Source of the DNA: an uncultured Granulicatella sp.
GTDB taxonomy: Bacteria > Bacillota > Bacilli > Lactobacillales > Aerococcaceae
Assembly (NCBI GenBank): GCA_963529535.1
Contig: CAUSAK010000018.1
Span: 7,437 to 31,436 of the forward strand
Direction: 5' to 3'
DNA: 24,000 nt
Within the stretch, counting starts at the first letter, position 1. Each line of letters begins with the position of its first letter. This document shows positions 16,525 to 22,977 of the stretch, one piece after another. The translations under genes were made by a program, and so were the position numbers. The notes beneath the pieces are model-generated. The model was not told the DNA's origin. It worked only from the letters and a program-made list of their open reading frames with translations, and did not search any database.

Positions 16525-17847
16525 ATGTTTGAGAAATTTTCAGAATTCATGAATCGTTTTTTCTTGCCTCTTGCAAGAAAAGTTGATAATCAACCACATC
16601 TTAGCGCTATTAAAGCGGGAATGGTGGCGATGACACCATTTACAATTCTAGGTAGTTTTTTTGCAATACTACCAGCCTTACCTAACATGTTAGGAGAAGA
16701 AAATGCGGTTAGCCAATTTATTACTACTAATGCAGAATTATTTGATTTACCTGTTACTCTTTCAATAGGTTTGATCGGATTGTATGCATGTTTGGCAATT
16801 TCTTATAATTTAGGGAAATTTTACAAATTATATATACCAGGGTGTATGACTTTAGCTACATTTGCATTCTTATTCATGGTTGCAACATTTAATGAACAAG
16901 GGCATTTGATTCTAAAAAATTTAGGTGCTAGAGGTCTCTTTACAGCTATGTTGGTAGCCTTAGCTACAGTAGAATTATATAATTTCTGTAAAAAACGTAA
17001 TTTAACGATTAGAATGCCTGAAGGTGTTCCTGATTTTGTTTCACAATCTTTTGAATTAATTCCAGTAACTTTAATTGTGGGTGGTACATTTATTGTTTTA
17101 CGTTTTGTATTTTTAAATATGATTGGAGAGTTACCACCAACGATTTTAACACGCTTTTTAACTCCGCTAGTAGGTAGTATGGATAATCCTTGGGCGGTAT
17201 TAGTTTTAAATTTTGCAATTTGTACAATTTTCTTCTTTGGTATTCATTCATCAGTGTTTAGTCCAATTACTCGTCCAATTATGGTAGCTTTTATTGCTGA
17301 AAATATTGCAGCAATGCAAGCTGGAGAACCACTTCCTCACTTTTATACTGCAGGAACTTCAAGTGCTTTCTTTGGATTTACAGGATGTGGAATTAGTATT
17401 GGGTGTATTGTAGCTTGTATGTTATCTAAAAATAAAAGATACCAACAAATCGGAAAAGTATCTCTTTTCCCAGCTTTATTTGGTATTAATGAACCAATTT
17501 TATTTGGAGCACCAATTATTTTAAATCCTATTATGTTTATCCCTCATGTTTTTGGTGGCGCTATAATAGGGACATTTCCAATGTTTTTAATGCACTGGGG
17601 ACTTTTAAACAAACCAATTTTTGACCCTCCGTATGTGGGTATTTTCTTAGAAGGATTTTTAACGAATGGGGATTGGCGTACAATCATTGTATGTGCAATT
17701 CAATTAGTTGCGGCTGTTGCAATATATTGGCCATTCTTTAAAATTATGGAAAAGCAGGATGAACTTGAAACATTAAAACAAAATAATAAAGATATATTCA
17801 CTAAAGAAGAAGAAAATCTTTTAGATGATTTAGATTTAGATTTTTAG
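16525..17847 (+). CDS. PTS lactose/cellobiose-family EIIC permease
   Basis: About 440 aa polytopic membrane protein with the typical EIIC(Lac) start FMNRFFLPLARKVDNQPHLSAIKAGM. Also has NEPILFG and a C-terminal hydrophilic acidic tail. AAGGAG (16511-16516) lies 8 nt before the ATG at 16525. Confidence 0.9.
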   Translation: MFEKFSEFMNRFFLPLARKVDNQPHLSAIKAGMVAMTPFTILGSFFAILPALPNMLGEENAVSQFITTNAELFDLPVTLSIGLIGLYACLAISYNLGKFYKLYIPGCMTLATFAFLFMVATFNEQGHLILKNLGARGLFTAMLVALATVELYNFCKKRNLTIRMPEGVPDFVSQSFELIPVTLIVGGTFIVLRFVFLNMIGELPPTILTRFLTPLVGSMDNPWAVLVLNFAICTIFFFGIHSSVFSPITRPIMVAFIAENIAAMQAGEPLPHFYTAGTSSAFFGFTGCGISIGCIVACMLSKNKRYQQIGKVSLFPALFGINEPILFGAPIILNPIMFIPHVFGGAIIGTFPMFLMHWGLLNKPIFDPPYVGIFLEGFLTNGDWRTIIVCAIQLVAAVAIYWPFFKIMEKQDELETLKQNNKDIFTKEEENLLDDLDLDF

Positions 17848-17856
17848 GTGAGTGGT

Positions 17857-18912
17857 ATGGATAAAATTGACAAGATAAGACAAATGATAAAATATAAAAA
17901 ATTGGACGCAATAATCATTACTAATAAAACTACTAAACAATATTTAGGTGCTGTAACAGGAAGTGGATCTATTTTAGTAATTACATTAGATGAATGCATT
18001 CAATTTATGGATGGACGATATCAGAATGAAACATGTATGATTGAAAATGTTGTTAATAAGGTATTATCTAATCGAGATTATTTTACTCCTATTATGGAAT
18101 TTTTTAAAAAGAATCATTTCATAAAAATTGGTGTTGAAAATGAAGGACTATCAATTCAAAAATATTTATTACTGTCTGAACAATTCGAAATTCATCAAAT
18201 CGGAGAAGATATTGTTAAAATTAGAATGATTAAAGACAAAGAGGAAATTCGAAAAATTCAAATTTCTTGTGAATTGACAGATCAAATTTTGTTGAATGTG
18301 TTACCACAAATCAGAGTTGGAATGACGGAAAAAGAATTAGTAGGAATTATTTACAATGAATGTTTTAAATCTGGAGCTGATCGATTATCATTTGAACCTA
18401 TTGTAGCTAGTGGATGGAGAGGTTCTTTACCTCACGGAAGACCTACAAATAAAATTATTCAAAAAGGAGAGCTTGTTACCATTGATTTTGGCATTGTTAT
18501 AGATCATTATCAATCGGATATGACTAGAACGGTAGGAATTAAATATGTAGAGCAAGAGTTAGAAAATATCTATAATGTTGTAAAAAAAGCCCAACAAGCT
18601 GCTGTAGATTTTGTTAGACCCGGAGTTGTTGCTAGTACTGTTGATGAAATAGCAAGAAATATTATATCTGAATCTGGATATGGTGAGTATTTTACACATG
18701 GATTAGGTCATGGAATAGGAATCGGAGGAGATTACCCTATGATGAATTCAACGAGCAGTACTGTTTTGCAAGAGAATATGGTCTTAACTTGTGAACCTGG
18801 AATTTATGTTCCAAAACTAGGTGGAGTAAGAATTGAAGATGTGGTTTGTGTACTATCAGACAGAGGAGAGGCTTTAACTAAAAGTGATAAATCATTAATA
18901 ATGGTGGGATGA
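17857..18912 (+). CDS. M24B-family Xaa-Pro aminopeptidase/dipeptidase (PepP/PepQ/YpdF-like)
   Basis: Pita-bread metal ligands: DFGIVIDHYQSDMTRT (D, D), HGLGHGIG (H), LTCEPGIY (E), VRIEDVV (E). An N-terminal creatinase-like domain is present. The ATG at 17857 follows AGGTGA (17846-17851). The GTG at 17848 is possible but has no RBS. Confidence 0.85.
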   Translation: MDKIDKIRQMIKYKKLDAIIITNKTTKQYLGAVTGSGSILVITLDECIQFMDGRYQNETCMIENVVNKVLSNRDYFTPIMEFFKKNHFIKIGVENEGLSIQKYLLLSEQFEIHQIGEDIVKIRMIKDKEEIRKIQISCELTDQILLNVLPQIRVGMTEKELVGIIYNECFKSGADRLSFEPIVASGWRGSLPHGRPTNKIIQKGELVTIDFGIVIDHYQSDMTRTVGIKYVEQELENIYNVVKKAQQAAVDFVRPGVVASTVDEIARNIISESGYGEYFTHGLGHGIGIGGDYPMMNSTSSTVLQENMVLTCEPGIYVPKLGGVRIEDVVCVLSDRGEALTKSDKSLIMVG

Positions 18913-18914
18913 AA

Positions 18915-20096
18915 ATGAATCAGTTTGATAAGGAATTTGATAGGAGCATAACAGGAACTAGAAAGTGGAATCCAAATTTGCTTAGAGAAAAAAATCCAAA
19001 AGGTAGTGATATTATTGCGATGGATTTAGCTGATATCGATTTTGAATGCGCACCTTCTATAAAAGAGGCGTTAGTAAAAAGAGCTTTAATGCCTGATTAT
19101 AGTTATACTTTTGTTCCCGATAGTTTCTATGATGCAGTTATTGATTGGAATAAAAGATATTTTGAATTAACTATAAAAAAAGAATGGATACGTCTAACTT
19201 TTGGCACAATATCAGCATTGCATAATATTGTTCAGGCATTAACTGATATAGGAGATTATGTAATGATTCATACACCGGCATATGCTCCTTTTGCGGAAGC
19301 GGTAATCCATAATGAAAGAAAATTAATCTGTAATGATTTAGTGTTAAAAAACCAACGTTATTATATTGATTTTGAAAAAATGGACGCAGATATGATAAAG
19401 TATAAAGTGAAATTATTCATACTCTGTAATCCTCAGAACCCTTCAGGAAGAGTTTGGTCATCTCAAGAGCTGAAACAATTGGCTCAAATATGCAAAAAAA
19501 ATCAGGTATATTTAATTTCCGATGAAATCCATCGAGATATTGTTTTTTCAAGTAGCAAATTTACAAGTTTGTGGAACGCTCATAATGATATATTGGATTC
19601 AAGTGTGTTGTGTGTGTCACCTAATAAGGGATTTAATTTAGGTGGGTTGAAAACATCCTATATTGTTGTGCCAAATAAAAAGCTGAGAGAAAAAATTTAT
19701 ACTCGATTATCTGCAAATTATGTTACTTCTCCACATGTTTTTGCAGTTCCGGCAATAGAAGCTGCGTATAGATATGAACACAAATGGTTAGTGGATATGG
19801 TAACATATATTGAAGAAAACCATAGTTATGTTGAAAAATTCATTCATAATTATTTACCAAAATTTAAATTGATGAAAGCAGAATCTTCATTTTTGGTTTG
19901 GATTTATGTGGGTGATGTTCTGAAAACAGAAGAAGAAATAAATGAATTTTTTCAACGTGCTAATTTGACGGTTGTAGTAGGAAGTTACTTTGTATCTAAC
20001 GCTGAGGGGTATGTTCGACTAAATATTGGTATGCAACGATATAAAATTGAAGAAGCGTTTAATAGAATTAGAAGACTATACGACTCGTGTGAATAA
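18915..20096 (+). CDS. PLP-dependent class I/II aminotransferase-fold enzyme, PatB/MalY-type cystathionine beta-lyase (C-S lyase)
   Basis: FDRSITGTRKWN N-terminal motif as in PatB/MalY. Also NPQNPSGRVW, ISDEIHRDIVF and SPNKGFNLGGLK (PLP-Lys context). The start at 18915 follows GGTGGG (18903-18908). The alternative ATG at 18909 overlaps the M24 stop (ATGA); either way the genes are translationally coupled. Confidence 0.8.
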   Translation: MNQFDKEFDRSITGTRKWNPNLLREKNPKGSDIIAMDLADIDFECAPSIKEALVKRALMPDYSYTFVPDSFYDAVIDWNKRYFELTIKKEWIRLTFGTISALHNIVQALTDIGDYVMIHTPAYAPFAEAVIHNERKLICNDLVLKNQRYYIDFEKMDADMIKYKVKLFILCNPQNPSGRVWSSQELKQLAQICKKNQVYLISDEIHRDIVFSSSKFTSLWNAHNDILDSSVLCVSPNKGFNLGGLKTSYIVVPNKKLREKIYTRLSANYVTSPHVFAVPAIEAAYRYEHKWLVDMVTYIEENHSYVEKFIHNYLPKFKLMKAESSFLVWIYVGDVLKTEEEINEFFQRANLTVVVGSYFVSNAEGYVRLNIGMQRYKIEEAFNRIRRLYDSCE

Positions 20097-20103
20097 CCCT
20101 ATT

Positions 20104-20140
20104 CACCCTCATCTTTCAAGTAGGATTGAGGGTGTTTTTT
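20104..20140 (+). terminator. Rho-independent terminator of the PTS/peptidase unit; right copy of the bracketing direct repeat
   Basis: CACCCTCA (20104-20111) pairs with TGAGGGTG (20127-20134), followed by TTTTTT (20135-20140). It is the same sequence as 12769-12807 apart from 4 substitutions, which shorten the stem. Confidence 0.65.
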
Positions 20141-20477
20141 GCTGTTTTCTATGAAGAAACTAAAGTTCACAGTCGGTGAACCGTTTTCAAAGTTGTAATA
20201 TTTCAATTTCGTACGAACAAAAGTTAAAGAGAAACTTAAGGAAATGTTACAAAGGAATGACAAATGTAACAAAAAACGTATGTTCGCTTTGTTTTTTTGT
20301 AATCTAAATATCAAAAAAAGTCAATTTATTTAAAGAGCCTTAACAAATCGCGTGAAATCAACATTTTGATTTTTTTTCGTGTTACAGTAGTTACATCAAA
20401 AGAAACCGCAATGAGAAATTTTAAGCGGTAGATTCTCGAAACGAAATTTTTTAGTCGAGAATCGGAAAGGATATTTT

Positions 20478-21215
20478 ATGAAATTTACACTGAAGAAGAC
20501 GGTGTTGGCAACAATCGCATTAACTTTTCTAGGAATTTCAGGAATGATGAATTCAACAGCCCAGGCTGAAGAATGGGTAGCACGTACTACGGAAGAAATA
20601 AAAGACGAAATTGTTCATAATGAAGAAGGAGTACAAGAGTACACCGTTAAATATGGAGATACCTTATCTGTTATCGCTGAAGCGATGGATGTATCATTAG
20701 ATGCGTTAATACGTCTCAATGATGTGCAAAATGCAAATTTAATTTATGCAGGAACAACGATTAAGTTTTCTGCAGATAAAGAAGAAGTAGTCGTGAAAAC
20801 CGAAGAAGAAGAGCATACTTATAAAGTAGAAAATCGTACAGAAGTAGTAGAAGTAAAAGCAGTAGAGCCAACTCCACAACCAGTAACTACACAACAACCA
20901 AAAACTTATACAGCAACAGAATCGACAGGAGGGTATGAATTAACTGTTCAAGCAACAGCTTATTCTTATGCTGAACCAGGATTATCACATTATACAGCAG
21001 ATGGAACCAACTTAATCAATGATCCAAATGTCATTGCAGTAGATCCTCGAGTAATTCCATTAGGAACTTTAGTAGAAATTCCTGGATATGGAGTGTTCCG
21101 TGCAGCTGATACAGGAGGAGCGATTGTTGGAAATAAAATTGATATTCACTTTACAACTGTGGCTCAAACTTATAATTTTGGCCGTCGCACGATTACAATT
21201 CGTATTTTAAAATAA
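20478..21215 (+). CDS. Secreted LysM + 3D-domain cell-wall protein (YocH-like, MltA-fold putative muralytic protein)
   Basis: Signal peptide MKFTLKKTVLATIALTFLGISGMMNSTAQA. LysM motif YTVKYGDTLSVIAEAMDVSLDALIRLNDV...IYAGTTIKF. C-terminal 3D domain ATAYSY...TADGT...IAVDPRVIPLGT...RAADTGGAI.GNKIDIHF. GGAAAGGA RBS present. Confidence 0.85.
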   Translation: MKFTLKKTVLATIALTFLGISGMMNSTAQAEEWVARTTEEIKDEIVHNEEGVQEYTVKYGDTLSVIAEAMDVSLDALIRLNDVQNANLIYAGTTIKFSADKEEVVVKTEEEEHTYKVENRTEVVEVKAVEPTPQPVTTQQPKTYTATESTGGYELTVQATAYSYAEPGLSHYTADGTNLINDPNVIAVDPRVIPLGTLVEIPGYGVFRAADTGGAIVGNKIDIHFTTVAQTYNFGRRTITIRILK

Positions 21216-21225
21216 AAGCTGATAA

Positions 21226-21261
21226 AAAGATTGGATGAAAATCCAGTCTTTTTTCTTTTTT
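21226..21261 (+). terminator. Rho-independent terminator after the LysM/3D gene
   Basis: AAAAGATTGGAT (21225-21236) pairs with ATCCAGTCTTTT (21241-21252) around a GAAA tetraloop. A T-rich run follows. Confidence 0.75.
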
Positions 21262-21400
21262 GTAAATGATAACCAAAGTTGGAATTTATGAAAAAAATTA
21301 GAAAAAATTATTGTCTTTTTTTCAAAAACTAGGAAATGTGTTGAAAATATGGTATATTGTTGGAAATGCAATATTTAGTAGGATGACAGGAGTGGAAAAA

Positions 21401-22351
21401 ATGAAAAAAACAATGATGGGAATGTTAGCTGTAGCATCAACTTTAACGTTAGCAGCATGTTCAAATAATCAATCAACTGTTGCAACTTCAAAAGCAGGTA
21501 ATGTTACCCAGGAAGAGTTTTATAAGGCATTAAAAACAACATCAGGAGAACAAACATTACAACGTTTAGTGTTGCAAAAAGTTTTAGAAAAAGATGCAGC
21601 TGATAAAAAAGCTTTAGAAGATGAAGCTAAAAAAGAAGTTGCCAACCAAGTGACACAATATGGTGGAGAAGATGCGCTAAAAGCTGTTTTAGCTCGTAGT
21701 GGTTTTACTTCAGTAGATGCTTACCGTGATACAGTATATTTAAACAAATTAATTACAGCAGCTGTTAAAAAAGCCAATAAATTTAGTGATGAAGAAATTC
21801 AAAAATATTATGATACATGGGAACCAAAAGCAACGGTTCAACATATTTTAATTGGGGTAGCTCAGAATGCATCTGAAGAAGAAAAAGCTGAAGCTAAGAA
21901 AAAAGCTGAAGATATCATTAAACAATTAAAAGATGGCGCTGATTTTGATACGTTAGTAAAAGAAAAATCAACTGATAAAACAACTGCTGAATCAGGCGGA
22001 AAAATCGGACCATTTAAACGAACTGATATGGTAAAAGAATTTGCAGATGCAGCTTATGGTTTGAAGGTAGGTTCTATTACAGAAGAACCAGTTTTAACGC
22101 AATATGGTTATCATATCATTAAATTAATAGACAAACCTGAAAAGGGATCATTAAGTGATGTACGTTCTACTTTAGAAGATGAATTAATTGCTGAAAAATT
22201 AAAAGATACAGCCACAATTCATTCAGTTGTCTCTTCATTAGTAAAAGAAGCTGATGTGAAGATTCAAGATGATACATTGAAAAATGCGTTAAAAGATTTT
22301 ATTGAAAACACACCAAATGTAACAGAACAATCACAAACAACAGGAAATTAG
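21401..22351 (+). CDS. prsA: Foldase lipoprotein PrsA (parvulin-type peptidyl-prolyl isomerase)
   Basis: Start moved to the ATG at 21401 (MKKTMMGMLAVASTLTLAAC), giving a lipoprotein signal peptide with lipobox LAAC. AGGAGTGG RBS lies at 21388-21395. Parvulin domain: VQHILI...GGKIGPF...EFADAAYGLKVG...TQYGYHIIKL. A possible extended -10 (TGGTATATT) lies at 21350-21358. Confidence 0.9.
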   Translation: MKKTMMGMLAVASTLTLAACSNNQSTVATSKAGNVTQEEFYKALKTTSGEQTLQRLVLQKVLEKDAADKKALEDEAKKEVANQVTQYGGEDALKAVLARSGFTSVDAYRDTVYLNKLITAAVKKANKFSDEEIQKYYDTWEPKATVQHILIGVAQNASEEEKAEAKKKAEDIIKQLKDGADFDTLVKEKSTDKTTAESGGKIGPFKRTDMVKEFADAAYGLKVGSITEEPVLTQYGYHIIKLIDKPEKGSLSDVRSTLEDELIAEKLKDTATIHSVVSSLVKEADVKIQDDTLKNALKDFIENTPNVTEQSQTTGN

Positions 22352-22361
22352 AATTTCTAAT

Positions 22362-22412
22362 AGGAGCAGGTGGAAATCAAGATGGGTAAATTGATTTTTC
22401 CTGCTCTTTTTT
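22362..22412 (+). terminator. Rho-independent terminator after prsA
   Basis: AGGAGCAGG (22362-22370) pairs with CCTGCTCTT (22400-22408). An inner helix AAATCAA / TTGATTT is present, followed by a T-run to 22412. Confidence 0.7.
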
Positions 22413-22424
22413 ATACAATTTATC

Positions 22425-22452
22425 TTGACAATAGACAGAAAAATTGTAAAAT
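22425..22452 (+). promoter_or_regulatory. Candidate sigma-A promoter for the lipoprotein-ilvE pair
   Basis: Consensus TTGACA (22425-22430), 16-nt spacer, TAAAAT (22447-22452), about 80 nt upstream of the start at 22533. Confidence 0.5.
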
Positions 22453-22532
22453 TGAAAATAATTCAATAATTGTTTTCACGTTATCATTTTTTCAAAAGTT
22501 ATGAAACTAGGCAAATAGAAAGGAAGGATACC

Positions 22533-22958
22533 ATGAGACGTTCATGGAAATTAGTAGTCAGTTTATTAGCAATCGGATTAATGGGCTGTGCTGGTCGTAC
22601 TGAAACTTTTAATCAAGCAGATATGGTAAATGTTTCTAAAAATGGAGAGGTTGCTGATACAACTAAATCTCAACAGACGACTACAACAGCTGCCTCTGCA
22701 AAAGAAGGAACAACTACAACCGAACTAAATGCTTTAGCAAAAGAAGCGATTAAAGAGATTGAAACGAAGAAACAAGTCTTATTGGATAATCACTATACGA
22801 TATTAGTTCAAGCTCAAACAAAAAACTCAATTGATATTCATATTCGACATAAAGAACAAAGTGGCACAAGTAGTTTCGGATTTTTTCGATATACACAATC
22901 AACGAAGGTTTTAGAAGAGATGGACTCAGTAACGGGTGATTATAAACCAGTAAAATAA
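22533..22958 (+). CDS. Small putative lipoprotein of unknown function
   Basis: Start moved to the ATG at 22533 (MRRSWKLVVSLLAIGLMGCAG), which has a lipobox LMGC. AAAGGAAGGA RBS lies at 22519-22528. A Thr-rich linker (TKSQQTTTTAASAKEGTTTT) precedes a ~80-aa globular part. I recognise no family. Confidence 0.7.
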   Translation: MRRSWKLVVSLLAIGLMGCAGRTETFNQADMVNVSKNGEVADTTKSQQTTTTAASAKEGTTTTELNALAKEAIKEIETKKQVLLDNHYTILVQAQTKNSIDIHIRHKEQSGTSSFGFFRYTQSTKVLEEMDSVTGDYKPVK

Positions 22959-22977
22959 TTTTTAGGGAAGTGTTGTT

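Noticed and set aside
12925-20096. Calling the PTS/peptidase island a mobile element.
   Set aside because: It has no integrase, transposase, recombinase, tRNA attachment site or terminal inverted repeats. Only the duplicated terminator supports an insertion history, so it is reported as a finding, not as a mobile_element feature.
20099-20314. 71-aa minus-strand ORF in the intergenic region before the LysM/3D gene.
   Set aside because: It has a TTG start without an RBS and a low-complexity translation. It runs through the terminator hairpin of the C-S lyase gene and looks like a chance open frame in AT-rich DNA.
20141-20477. Cyclic-di-AMP (ydaO-type) riboswitch, which often precedes cell-wall hydrolase and LysM genes.
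   Set aside because: The leader lacks the G-rich conserved blocks (runs such as GGGGA / CCCG with pseudo-twofold symmetry) that I associate with that motif. Only two simple hairpins are present. An Infernal scan would settle it.
22959-22977. T-box or other leader upstream of ilvE.
   Set aside because: Only 19 nt separate ilvE from the preceding gene, so there is no room for a leader RNA.
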